NCBI GenBank assembly: GCA_965218095.1
Contig: OZ244587.1
Coordinates: 4,160,001 to 4,224,000, forward strand
Length of the DNA: 64,000 nt
Direction of reading: 5' to 3'
Source: Candidatus Poribacteria bacterium
GTDB taxonomy: Bacteria; Poribacteria; WGA-4E; PCPOR2b
The position numbers and the translations under genes are program-made. This document shows, piece by piece, positions 31,148 to 41,933 of this stretch. The stretch's first letter is position 1. Each line of letters opens with the position of its first letter. Below the pieces are notes generated by a model, which saw nothing but the letters and a program-made list of their open reading frames with translations, was not told where the DNA came from and did not search any database.

Positions 31148-32491
31148 ATGGTCAAGCAAAAGGTACAAGTGTCGTTGGATCGCCTGGTCGCGGAATACGT
31201 AGCCAACAATCCATGTTCGCGGGAAATGTTCGAGCGGGCGCGAAAGTCACTGCCAGGTGGGAACACCCGTACTGGCGTGTATATGGCCCCCTTTCCGCTT
31301 TATGCGGATCGCGGCGAAGGCGTCTATTTAATTGACTTAGATGGTCACCGCCTGTTGGACTTCGTCAACAACAACACGGCGTTGATCTTAGGCCACGCCC
31401 ATCCGGTGGTCGTTAAGGCGCTTCAGGCTCAGCTGGTCAAGGGTACAGGCTTCTCCCGCCCGACACCCCTTGAAGTCGAGATGGCCGAGCTGCTGCGGGA
31501 ACGGGTGCCCTCCCTGGAACGGATTCGCCTCTGTAGTTCAGGAACTGAGGCGGTGTTGAATGCGCTGAGAGCCGCCAGGGCCTTCACAGGCAAGCGTAAG
31601 ATTGCCAGATTTGAAGGGGCTTACCATGGTGTGGGTGAATACGCGCTGATTAGCTACGTGCCGCCGCTGGGGCCGGACCTGGGGCCAGCGAACCATCCTC
31701 GGTCAATTCCCTCCACAGCGGGACTCTCGCCGGCGGTTGTAGAGGAGGTGCTGGTTCTACCGTTTAACGATGCTGCGGCCTGCGAGGAGATCATCAATGA
31801 GAATGCCGACGAGTTGGCAGCCGTCATCGTGGACCCGCTGGCAACCGGCGCCGGTATGACCCTCCCGGTCGATGGCTTCCTGACCCGCTTGAGAGAGATC
31901 ACAGCGCGGGTGGATGCCCTGCTGATTTTCGATGAAATTATTAGTTTCAGGGCCTCCCGAGGCGGCGCGCAGGAGCTCTACGGGGTAAGGCCTGACCTGA
32001 CCTGCCTGGCTAAAGTCATCGCTGGTGGAACGCCGGGGGCTGCTTTCGGTGGACGGGCCGATGTGCTGGCTTTATACGATCCCACGTCGGGGTCGCCGAA
32101 GATTCCACATTCCGGGACCTACAATGCGAATCCCCTTGCCATGGTCGCGGGACTTGCTACACTCCGTACGCTGACGCCGGAGGCTTACGAAAAGTTGCGT
32201 TCGTTGACCCAGCAATTGGGGATGGAACTGGAATCTGTGTTTTCCGAGGCTGGGGTCGAAGCACAGGTCACTGTGGTGGGGTCACTTTTCCGGGTCCACT
32301 TCCTGCCTCGTACACCACGCAACTACCGTGAAGCGGCTCAAGATGACGGAACGATGCAGAGGTGGCTCTTTTTCTCGCTTCTCAATCAAGGGATTCATTG
32401 GGCATCTAGTGGAAATGTGTCGCTCCCCATGGCGGCGGTGCATATCAATAGACTCGTATGCTCGGTAAGAAGCGCGCTGGGAGAGTTATAG
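31148..32491 (+). CDS. Class III PLP aminotransferase (GSA aminomutase-like)
   Basis: SGTEAV, FEGAYHG, LIFDEIISFR, LAKVIAGG, HSGTYNANP. Confidence 0.9.
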   Translation: MVKQKVQVSLDRLVAEYVANNPCSREMFERARKSLPGGNTRTGVYMAPFPLYADRGEGVYLIDLDGHRLLDFVNNNTALILGHAHPVVVKALQAQLVKGTGFSRPTPLEVEMAELLRERVPSLERIRLCSSGTEAVLNALRAARAFTGKRKIARFEGAYHGVGEYALISYVPPLGPDLGPANHPRSIPSTAGLSPAVVEEVLVLPFNDAAACEEIINENADELAAVIVDPLATGAGMTLPVDGFLTRLREITARVDALLIFDEIISFRASRGGAQELYGVRPDLTCLAKVIAGGTPGAAFGGRADVLALYDPTSGSPKIPHSGTYNANPLAMVAGLATLRTLTPEAYEKLRSLTQQLGMELESVFSEAGVEAQVTVVGSLFRVHFLPRTPRNYREAAQDDGTMQRWLFFSLLNQGIHWASSGNVSLPMAAVHINRLVCSVRSALGEL

Positions 32492-32599
32492 CGCTGTTTG
32501 GTTTAACGAGGAGCGGAGCTATAAGCACGGAAACTTTGCAACCATCTTCTAAGAACGCGAAGTCGCAACTAAACGTAAAGGGTGAATCGAAAGTTCCAG

Positions 32600-32730
32600 A
32601 GTTGCTAAGATGTAGGGACAAACGATATCGGCAACCAAAATTGTTTCGATGGCGGCGCGGTGTAAAGATTGAGGTAGCCGTCATCGTTAAAGTCGCCAAA
32701 AGTGACGTCCATACTCTCCGATGAAGCTCT
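32600..32730 (-). pseudogene. FG-GAP/CRTAC1-like repeat fragment
   Basis: SMDVTFGDFNDDGYLNLY motif in a short broken frame. Confidence 0.45.
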
Positions 32731-32834
32731 TGATTTCCGTTCCGATGTTGTAGAATGTTGCGCTGTATTTTTCACTGTGAATCGCCGGTCGAATCCTGAG
32801 TCCGCTCTGATCTGTATAGTTGGCGCCAAACCCA

Positions 32835-34937
32835 TCAAGCCCCTGGTTGGGGCGAATTTTTTAACAGCCTATCGATTTCGGTCTTGATATGCCGCTGGAC
32901 CGTCCCGACGAACCGCTCCGTGCTGGTCCCCTGCCGGGTTTCAAGCCCATGGGGGCCAAACCCGAACACGATACTATCTTTTACATGCGCATCCGGGTCA
33001 TCAAAGTAGCGTGGTGTAGTTCCTCGGAGGGCGTCCGGAAGATCATCCCCTTCTGTGCGGTATATGATGGCATTTGCCAGCACGACTAGTGGTCGGTCAC
33101 CCCCTATTTCCTCATGATGACGGGGCACTTTCATGTCGCCCAATATCACGAAGTCCTTCAACTCCGGCGCCCAAGTTGTCACCCTGTAGGTTTGCCCTGG
33201 CGTGACCCATTCTCGCAATTGCTGCCGCTGTGTCGTGTATTCATGCCATTTCATGATCTCGGGGAAATGATCTGCAGGAAGGGAACTTTCATGCTGATAC
33301 CTGGCGCCATCCCCTTCAGCGCGGAGGTCATTGAATACGACAAACCAGTTGGCGTAATCTCGAAGGGCGCGGGAAAGTTGCATCACATCAACGCCTGGCG
33401 GTGGGTGGGATCCATCAACGATCACAATATGGGGTGTATGTTCATCGATCTCTCTGACGAATTCTCTCGGAAAGGCTGGGGGAACCGCCAGTCTCATGGA
33501 AGTACCGGAGCGGACGCGGTCATATCGAATCGTGAACCCATCCCTGAGATAGTCCTCAATAGGCTCGACAACCCACTGCCGCCCATAACGGTCGTTCCCA
33601 ACCACCACGATATGTCTGCTCGTATGGGCTCTGAACGCTCTCAAAAACTTGAGAAAGCCCACTGCCTCATACGCGGCTCGCCCGATTTCCACAAGATGCT
33701 GTTCGTCCAGGCGGAACTCGTCCTCGGCCGGCGGAGGCAGCTCCTCAAGTTCGTTGAATAATTGATACAGTTCTTCGGTGGACTTCGGCGGCGGATATCG
33801 ACCTCTGAGCTGGTAGGTCAATGGCTCCAGTACCCGTGTGTACTCGTAGGCAAAGCGCCTGAATTCTAGATGCTTTTGCAGCACATTGTTTATATCAAAG
33901 CATCCACGGCGTGTGTCTTCTCTATATCGGTCGAGTTCATCCAGAAGGGATTCAAAGTCGGATTTCTTCGACAGAAAGTTGACTAATGGTGGGGTTAATA
34001 TCGTACCATCATGGTTCGTCTTGTGGAACTTACCCATCCACCCCTCCAGTGTCTCAAAGCGGCGCAATACCTCTACTTTTGGGAAGTTTCTCAGAAATCG
34101 CTCAATCTGTTCCACATCAAACTTGACCTGAAAATGACGGATAAGATTGAAGCGGTGCATACCAATGATGACGTCCGTCAATGCCGGAATATCAGTTGAC
34201 TTAAATACACGGGTATACCTGCCGCAGATGGCCTCCTCATCAATTTGGTCGTCCTTCTCGACCTCACGCAGGTGATCCAGCAAACGGTCTCTCGCGGCTC
34301 GCATTTGCGCCGGTATCCTTCGGGCCTGGCGCGTTGTCACGTTCCCTCGGATGATCTGTTCATACCAATGTCTGGACACTTCCTGTGCTGCCCCATCGTC
34401 CGGATCGAATGGTTGGAGGCGATCCATGTCTGATACAAAAGCAGCGGCGCGAAGCGGTATATGACGTTTTCTCGTCATTGAAAGATGGTCCAGTTTGTCG
34501 CGCACGGGCCCTGGGAAGCCTGGTCTGTGCTTCAAGTATGCCTTAAGGAACGAGGCAGCACTTCCAGGATTGTGCGCGTAAGCGGCTTCAACAAGTTTCC
34601 GGATCGATTCAAGAACTGCCTTGGGGTTTTCGGTATCACCGTCGGATATAGCGATAACCTGACTGACCACAGCGGCAAAATTCTCGTCATCCAATAGAAA
34701 TCGTCGCCATACACAGCCGCCTGTTTCATGGACGACCGTCGAAAGGAGGGCGCAACTTGCGTGTTCATAATGGCCTATCTTCCGCTCGTATCTCAGCAAC
34801 TCTGCTAATGATTTCCCTATGCGATTCCACGGGATTTCACTCTTTTTGGCCGATGTCATCCTGTTCTCAATCCTCCGATAGTTAGCGCAACTACGTTTGG
34901 CAAATCCGTCAGCCGATGGGTGCATCGGATCTGTCAT
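32835..34937 (-). CDS. Large hypothetical protein (~700 aa)
   Basis: Long uninterrupted ORF overlapping the upstream stop (ATGA); no family recognised. Confidence 0.7.
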   Translation of the reverse strand: MTDPMHPSADGFAKRSCANYRRIENRMTSAKKSEIPWNRIGKSLAELLRYERKIGHYEHASCALLSTVVHETGGCVWRRFLLDDENFAAVVSQVIAISDGDTENPKAVLESIRKLVEAAYAHNPGSAASFLKAYLKHRPGFPGPVRDKLDHLSMTRKRHIPLRAAAFVSDMDRLQPFDPDDGAAQEVSRHWYEQIIRGNVTTRQARRIPAQMRAARDRLLDHLREVEKDDQIDEEAICGRYTRVFKSTDIPALTDVIIGMHRFNLIRHFQVKFDVEQIERFLRNFPKVEVLRRFETLEGWMGKFHKTNHDGTILTPPLVNFLSKKSDFESLLDELDRYREDTRRGCFDINNVLQKHLEFRRFAYEYTRVLEPLTYQLRGRYPPPKSTEELYQLFNELEELPPPAEDEFRLDEQHLVEIGRAAYEAVGFLKFLRAFRAHTSRHIVVVGNDRYGRQWVVEPIEDYLRDGFTIRYDRVRSGTSMRLAVPPAFPREFVREIDEHTPHIVIVDGSHPPPGVDVMQLSRALRDYANWFVVFNDLRAEGDGARYQHESSLPADHFPEIMKWHEYTTQRQQLREWVTPGQTYRVTTWAPELKDFVILGDMKVPRHHEEIGGDRPLVVLANAIIYRTEGDDLPDALRGTTPRYFDDPDAHVKDSIVFGFGPHGLETRQGTSTERFVGTVQRHIKTEIDRLLKNSPQPGA

Positions 34938-36197
34938 ACATTCTCCTGACGATAGGCATCAGCGACCTTGCGCAAAGCTTGGGCGATGCCGCGCACATCC
35001 GTCTCTGTGTAGAACTCGCTGATGGTGATGGTGATGTGTGCAGCCAGCGCACTCTCCGCACGAGGACACATCCCCTTGTAATACTTCACCTGAGGGTCAT
35101 ATACGGCTTGTGGCAGTGCGTACTCTGGACATTTCGGCGGGTCGGGGGCAAGGAAAAGTGGATGGTCATACAACAGGTAGTACTCCTTTGGCATGCAAGG
35201 CACTCCCTCTGCATTCAGTGCCCGAGCGAACCCGTAGTTGTTTACTGTGAACGCACCCTCCTCCAGCCAGAGGGGATAGAGCCAGTAGGTGTGCGCCACA
35301 TCGTCGATGATGTACGGCGGATGAAGACCCGGAATATCGCGCACGAGCCTCGAGAGCAATTCGGCGCACTCTCTGCGATGGCGGACAATGTTACTGAGTT
35401 TCTTCAGTTGTACCAGCCCTACGGCCGGCCGCCACTAATTGACTCATTCGGTAGTTTAATCCCAGACTGATGTGATGCCTGAAGAACATACGCTCCTTCG
35501 TTCCTCTTTCCTCACCCCGTGTGTCTCCGAATAGGGCGGCTCTTTTTGCAAACACATCGTTGTCGGTAATGACCATCCCGCCTCTGACCGTGGTGATGTG
35601 CTTGCCCAGGCCAAGGCTGAAGACCGCAATGTTGCCTATGGAACCCACCTTCTGCCCTTTGTGCTCAGCAAAGTGAGCCTGAGCACAATCCTCAATGACG
35701 CTGAGATTATGCCGACGCCCGATTTCCATCAACTCGTCCATTCTTGCCGGCTGGCCATAGAGGTGAACCGCCAGAATCGCCTGTGTCCGATCCGTCACTT
35801 TGGACTCAACGTCGGCTGGATCGATATTGCAGGTGCGTGGGTCCACATCGGCAAAAATGGGTATGGCGTTCTGAGCAAGGATACCGGCCACGGTTCCGAC
35901 ATCGCTAATGCAGGTGACAATCACCTCGTTCCCGGGTTCAACCCCGGCGGCGACGACTCCCGTATGTACGGCTGCGGTCCCCGAATTGACAGCGAACCCA
36001 TAGCGGACCCCATATGCCTGAGCGAAGACTCAACCGAATTCACCGACCGTATCATCTCGTAACCCATTTCGCACAAGCGCCACCAGCGCTTTGGCCTCCG
36101 CATCGCCCACTTTGCGTGAGGGAAGGTTCTGACCGAGCGGCTGTGGGAAGATTGCGGAGCCACCTTCAATGGCGAGTTGCGTGACATTTTTCTTTAT
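34934..36197 (-). pseudogene. DegT/DnrJ/EryC1/StrS aminotransferase with several frameshifts
   Basis: LAIEGG, VHLYGQP, IEDCAQAH, GKHITT, NYRMS, HTYWLY in different frames; AGGAGG RBS is followed by ATA instead of ATG. Confidence 0.85.
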
Positions 36198-36302
36198 GGT
36201 TTTCCTCCTGACCAAATTTTTGCATCAACATCTGCAGATGCGAACCCGTACCGGCTGTCCCACGGAGTTCTTGAGAACCAGTTACTCTGTCGCAGAGCGG
36301 GG

Positions 36303-36722
36303 CTACTTGTCAGCCTTTGAATCACGGGCTTCGGCGAGCGCCTGTTTCGAGGCTTCGGTCACTAGCATTCCCTCAGTTGGCAGGTGCTCACCGATGAGCT
36401 GGCCGTGTGGGTCCATGGCCAACGCCAGCCCCGGAAACCAGTTGGGGGCGCTCTTGCCGGACTGATTGGCGTAGAAGATATACATCGTGCTCTGAGAGGA
36501 CCAGAACTTCATCAGCGGTGATAAAGACCAGTCAATACTGTGCCGCGTGCCGGACCGCACACTGGCTGGGCACAGTAAGCCTGTTTGAAAACGATACTCT
36601 CAGATGCCAGTCGATCGAGGTGGGATGTAACGGAGGTGGGGATTGCCGTAGGCGGAAATCGTGTCTGGCCATTGCTGGTCAGTCCAGATAAATAGCACAT
36701 TTCTGGATCGTTTGGTCATCAT
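36303..36722 (-). pseudogene. Chimeric remnant: sulfatase N-terminus joined to a nitrilase-like C-terminus
   Basis: NVLFIWTDQQ...AYCAQPVCGPARGTVLTG abuts YIFYANQSG...AMDPHGQLIGE. Confidence 0.6.
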
Positions 36723-36789
36723 TACCTCCGGGGCGTGTGGGGTAGGGTTCGAGCATTGACGGGATGGTGGGAAAATGACTGATACTGGG

Positions 36790-37065
36790 TTAGGCTTGCT
36801 TTTCTCCATGCCTGAACTCCGCTATGCGGAGTCTGAAGGCTCGAAATGGGAAATCCCAAACCGAGCCTATCATGTGGAAGCCCGCCTGCGCCGCAATTTT
36901 TACCACAACGGGCCAAGTCAACTCCCAGACCTCAAACAGAAATACAGGCTTTCCTGCCTTCAGTCGCTGCTTTGCGGAGTTGGTAATGTATGGCGCGTCC
37001 GTGGACATTTTCGGCGTCTGCTTTTCAGATACGGGAGTTTGGGCCATTGAGGCGGAATTGGGCAT
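36790..37065 (-). pseudogene. HpcH/HpaI aldolase-like N-terminal fragment
   Basis: NSAKQRLKAGKPVF...IAAQAGFHMI, then loses similarity. Confidence 0.55.
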
Positions 37066-37296
37066 GGTGTACTATCACTAAGTCTTTGAGAAGCTGCATC
37101 GGAACTGGAAATCAAACTCGCAATAGTTCATGGGTTCATCGAACTTTTGAACCCTTCAACTTTTGAACTCAAATCCCGTGTCGTGTTCTCAATACGCCAA
37201 CTGAAACAGGTTTTCTCACGCATTTAGTGATAGCACGATAACCATCCCTGACTCATTTGGGTTTATTTATTCGCTTCACATACTGAAGCCGAATCC

Positions 37297-39236
37297 TTAC
37301 CGACGACGTTTAATTTCCCCCCACGTCGTCGCCAGCTTCCCCTCAGGACAGACCGAAAAAAAATCAGGGAACGGCCAACCGTCGGGCGTGTAGACCTCTG
37401 TGATATTGGATAGAGGCCATAGGTTTCCAGTTGCGCCCCCAGCGACATAAAGCCTTCCATTCACGACACTGGCGCCTGAGGCCCACCTTTCGGTTGGCAT
37501 GTTCTCCAGCTCTTCCCAGGTGTCCTTCTTTACATCATATGCCGACAGGGATTTATAAACCGTCCAGCTAAATTTCTTAACCCCACGGCCGCCAAATACA
37601 TCTCCCCTCTTTTTATGACCGCCAGCGACATAAATCTTGCCATTATTGATAAAGCCACCGGATAGCCCCATCATATCCAGCCATAAATCTGCCTTCCGCG
37701 TCCAGGTGTCGGTGTTGGTGTTGTACTCCTCCACCATGTTCGTACTCTCGGTCCCCAATGCCCCGCCCCCGACGACCCCGCCAATGACATAAATTCTTGA
37801 GCCGACTGCGGCGATGGCGAAGTCCCATCTTGGGTTTGGCATGTCGGCTTTCTTCTCCCAAGTGTCGGTGGTGGGGTTGTAGACCTCGACCGCCGCAGAC
37901 GAAAGCCCTTGAACTGGGTCTGTCTGCCCGCCAATCGCATAAATCTTCCCACCCGCGACGGCGGTCCCTAGCATCGTTCGGATCGTTGGCATGGGCGCTT
38001 TCTTGGTCCATTTGCCGGTTTTGGGGTTATACTCCTCATTGATCGCAGTGGGTTGGTTTCCAGCGGGTGTTCCACCAATGACGTAAATCTTTCCCTTGAC
38101 TGTGCTGGCGGCGTGCATAAACCGAGGCGTATTCATGTCACCCTTGTCTGTGTAGACGCCCCTGTTATCCTCTCTATTCTAGGTTCTGTTGACATTTCAA
38201 GGGAGCCATATAAGAGTGGAGACAAAGCTGAGAAATCCAAAATAACGGATAGCTAACTTCTCGAACCGAGAGAAGATGCGGCGATACCATTTTATCTTGT
38301 TGATACCATTTTATCTTGTTAATGAAACATTCAACCCGATGTCTCTCTTTGTACAGATGTTTGTCGTAATCTCTTTGATCCACACGATGACTTTTGGGCG
38401 GTATCACCGCAATCGCTCCATTCGCCTCAATAACCGCGATAAAATTGTCGGAGTCATATCCCTTGTCTCCAATCACATACTCGCTTTTATATCCAAGTAT
38501 CAACGCTTCTGCTTCCGCTATGTCGTTTCTTTGACCGGGCGTCAGATGAATTCTTAGTGGATTACCCAGGCCGTCAACGGTGATGTGATTTTTTGTACTG
38601 AATCCCCCGCGAGAGCGACCTAACGCTTGGTTTTCAGTGCCACCCTTTTTTTTTCGGCACCCGCCACACACGGGGGCGCTCGAATGATTGTACTGTCCAC
38701 AATAAGCGACTCGATATCGGGGTCGGCGGCGAAGTGGGGGTGCATCTGTGTGAAGCCCCCTTTGTCGCACCACCGAGCAAAACGCTTATAGAGGGTGTTC
38801 GATTTACCATAGGTGTCTGGCAGAATCCGCCATTGAGCACCGCTACGGGTCGCCCAGAGAACAGCTTCGATAAAGCGGCGTGTTGTCGCTTCGTTGCCAA
38901 CATAGATGTTGGGACAAGTTAGAAGAAACGAGTATATCTTTTTCCATTGGTCATCGGGTAAGGTTATTGGCATCATTCTTCTATTATGCCACAACCTTAT
39001 ACTCAAATGTCAACAGAACCTAGCACACCGAAAATTAGCGCCTTTACATTTCCGTGTCCACCAATGACATAAATGTTCCCATCAGCCACGCTTGATGCCA
39101 AGTACATTCTCCGACCCGCCGCGTCGCCCGGAAATTCCCCTTTCGCTTCCCATTTTCCTGCCAAGCTCACGGTAGAAAAGCCAAATAGCCCACAGCATAT
39201 CCATCCAGCCAATATTCCATACATGACACGTTTCAT
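37297..39236 (-). pseudogene. Secreted Kelch-repeat protein disrupted by IS5 copy 2
   Basis: Signal peptide MKRVMYGILAGW...SLA; six IYVxGG Kelch blades; C-terminal PEGKLATTWGEIK. Confidence 0.85.
38182..39020 (-). mobile_element. IS5-family element, copy 2 (orfA/orfB with A-run; 19-bp duplication at 38283-38320 frameshifts the 3' end)
   Basis: Same IR and CTAG target as copy 1; close but non-identical sequence. Confidence 0.93.
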
Positions 39237-39379
39237 GGTAGATACCTCCTGTATTCGGTTGAAGGTTATTTATTTTCACGATTCACACGCTCCCTTTCGG
39301 TAAAGGAGGCTTCTTGAAAATATGCTATCATACGTCACATAAGAAATCAACAGAAAATGGAAAGTTTGAGATCAAATAA

Positions 39380-40324
39380 CTACCCTCGCACAAGTGCGCT
39401 GGCTGAAAATCCCAGGAGATACCTCAACTCCGGTGAGAAGGTTTGCGTGATTTCTGGGCTCAGGCTTGACGTGAAATCGGTAAATGGCTTGATCCATGAA
39501 CGGCAGTAATAGCAGAGGATTGCCCGGCGGGGTCCATCGGTGGAGTTTGGTCCGGACCGGTGCCACGTATTTGATAGCCAGATGGCGACTGAGCCGGCGG
39601 GCGCCGTCAGTATTACCTCATTTTCCTGTCGCTCACCCCATTTGGGCTTCTTGCGGGTGCGATGACTGCCGGGAACGATCTGTGTTGCCCCGTTGGTCGT
39701 GGTGAATTCATCCAGCACCCAGGCATTCTGGACCGTCAGCGGGAAGTCCGGCAAAGGCTCCGGCAACTGGCCAAGCGGCGCATCCACATGCCATGCCCCA
39801 CCTTCGGTGTGTGGTCCAATGCTGGTCCCGCTGCAATCGGCGATAACACAGTCGGCGCCAAGAATATCCTGCACCAGCGAAAGCACAACCGGATGTTCAA
39901 TCAGCTTCCCGACATCCGGGACTTTGTTGACCAAGTTCCAGATGCGCTGTGACTTGCCGTAATCGAACAGTGTGGGCAAGTGAAGAAAGTTTTTATTCAC
40001 CTCTGACGGGGAAACGGGCCACGGTGTGCCTTGATTTTGTGCGCGTGAATGGCGGATTCGCCGCATGAGTCGAGCCAGTTCGGCTTCACTGACGAGGTAA
40101 CTTTCTCTCAGGTATTCTTCGATTTCGCTGTCTTCTGGCAACGCCGGACCATCTTCCGGCTCGAAGGGATTTTGCCGTTCCTGTTCAAAAAACTCCTCCA
40201 CGAAACTTCGGTAGTGCTGGACTTCGCCTTCGCTGAGTACCCCTTGGATTACGACGTATCCATGTTCAGAAAGATGAGTGAATGCAGACTCCAAGTCGTT
40301 ACTTGAGATGCCATGAGTTCCCAC
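39380..40324 (-). CDS. PhyH-family dioxygenase
   Basis: HGYVVIQGVLS, WHVD, NGATQIVPGSH, WHRSGPN. Confidence 0.88.
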   Translation of the reverse strand: MGTHGISSNDLESAFTHLSEHGYVVIQGVLSEGEVQHYRSFVEEFFEQERQNPFEPEDGPALPEDSEIEEYLRESYLVSEAELARLMRRIRHSRAQNQGTPWPVSPSEVNKNFLHLPTLFDYGKSQRIWNLVNKVPDVGKLIEHPVVLSLVQDILGADCVIADCSGTSIGPHTEGGAWHVDAPLGQLPEPLPDFPLTVQNAWVLDEFTTTNGATQIVPGSHRTRKKPKWGERQENEVILTAPAGSVAIWLSNTWHRSGPNSTDGPRRAILCYYCRSWIKPFTDFTSSLSPEITQTFSPELRYLLGFSASALVRG

Positions 40325-40621
40325 AACAAAATTCCTCCAATTCTAAGTATAGTGTAACATGACTTGTTCAGATCTTTTTCATCATAGATCATCAGTTGGG
40401 TCAATTTTCGCCTGCCGGCCTTTTCAAACTCCCCCTCAGGCCCATTCCATTTCCTGCTTCGACGGCCACAGCGCATTCCGGATGTAGCTACCCGGAATCT
40501 CCAGCGCTGTCGGTGGGTGAGAGCGCAGCGCTTCACAGATTTGCCAAGAGTCTGATGATCCGTCAATCAAAAACTCGGTTTCTCTGGAATAGGTATCGGT
40601 TATCTATCTGTGAATAACGGG

Positions 40622-41659
40622 CTACAATTCGAGTGGAATCTCTATTTTCTGAGGCTGTCCGGTGTGGATGGACTCCACAATCTTTTCCAGCAGTAACGTG
40701 GAGACGATGCCAGTACGTGCCGGCACGTAGGGCTCGGTATCGTTACGAATAGCTTCGACAAGCAGGGGTAGACGGTCAATGCCTGCTGGCTTCAGGGTTT
40801 CGCTCTCCGATTCCCCTGTCGTCGGGCCTGGTCCCGTGAAGGTCACTTTGCTGAAGTGCTCATAGAGGACCGCGGACTGCTCACCATCGAAGAACTCGAA
40901 AAACCATTTGGAAACGACGGAATCAATGTTGATGGCAGCATCGCCCATCAGAAAGGTCGCCACCGACCCATTGGCAAAGCGGATGGTCGCCGCCGCTGTG
41001 TCTACCACGTCAGGACTTTCCAACTCGCCGGGATGGGTGATTTGGCCCCCCGTTGCGTAAACTTCCACCGGATCCGAGTCGTGAATCCAACACATCAGAT
41101 CCACGGCGTGGACACCGATATCATACAGCGGTCCCCCACCCTCCTCGGGATGCCAACGCCACCGACTGAGGTCACCTCGGCGATTGATACATTGACCGTG
41201 GCTTATCTTCGGAGGACGTAGACGGCGCTTGACTTCTCGCGCTGCCCCAGAGAAACGAATGGAAAAGTCAATCATCAGCTTTGTACCCGCTGCTTTCATT
41301 GCCTCGTAAATGCGCAGGCAGTCCGCCGTGGTCATTGCCATGGGCTTCTCTAAGAAGAGGTGCTTTTGGGCATTGCAAGCGGCAACAGCTAAATCGGCGT
41401 GGGAACTGTGAGACGTAGCAATTGAGACGATGTCTACCGAAGGATCAGCGAAGATGCGGTCTGGGTCCGTGGTATGGTATTCCCCGCCGTACTCTTCGTG
41501 AAAACGTTGTGCTGAATCGGCGCGGATGTCACAGAAGCCACGTACGACAACGCCCGGCGTGGACGAAGCTCCCCGCGCGTGACCGTTGCCCGCACCTCCG
41601 CAACCGATGAGCGCCCAACCCAGCGGACGATTTGTTGTGTCATTATTCGTCATTTTCAT
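40622..41659 (-). CDS. Gfo/Idh/MocA oxidoreductase
   Basis: IGCGGAG, LEKPMA, GGGPLYDIGVHAVD. Confidence 0.9.
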   Translation of the reverse strand: MKMTNNDTTNRPLGWALIGCGGAGNGHARGASSTPGVVVRGFCDIRADSAQRFHEEYGGEYHTTDPDRIFADPSVDIVSIATSHSSHADLAVAACNAQKHLFLEKPMAMTTADCLRIYEAMKAAGTKLMIDFSIRFSGAAREVKRRLRPPKISHGQCINRRGDLSRWRWHPEEGGGPLYDIGVHAVDLMCWIHDSDPVEVYATGGQITHPGELESPDVVDTAAATIRFANGSVATFLMGDAAINIDSVVSKWFFEFFDGEQSAVLYEHFSKVTFTGPGPTTGESESETLKPAGIDRLPLLVEAIRNDTEPYVPARTGIVSTLLLEKIVESIHTGQPQKIEIPLEL

Positions 41660-41771
41660 TCAACCTCCTGTTTTTGGGTGTGTTGCGTAGGATCTCAATG
41701 GTAATACTTACCTAAACCGTTCATAAATTCTTGTGATAGTCTAATAGTGCTAAACGAAGAGTCTCTAACCA

Positions 41772-41820
41772 AGATCTTTCGCGGAGTTTACCCTGAGCGT
41801 AGATTGAGATTCAGGATGAC
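41772..41820 (+). repeat. Short dispersed palindromic repeat (TTCGCGGAGTTTACCCTGAGCG...GATTCAGGATGAC)
   Basis: Similar to the insert at 13332-13385. Confidence 0.5.
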
Positions 41821-41933
41821 AAGATATCGCAATTTATCTGTAGAGTACTCCTTAGATATGGTGCACATCCATGAGTTCTGGTGCAACGCGATTCATCGTG
41901 GATGCCCCTTCTCTTAGTCGTAAAGCGTCGCCT

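Noticed and set aside
31148-32491. Calling the gene hemL
   Set aside because: Family-level similarity only and no tetrapyrrole gene context
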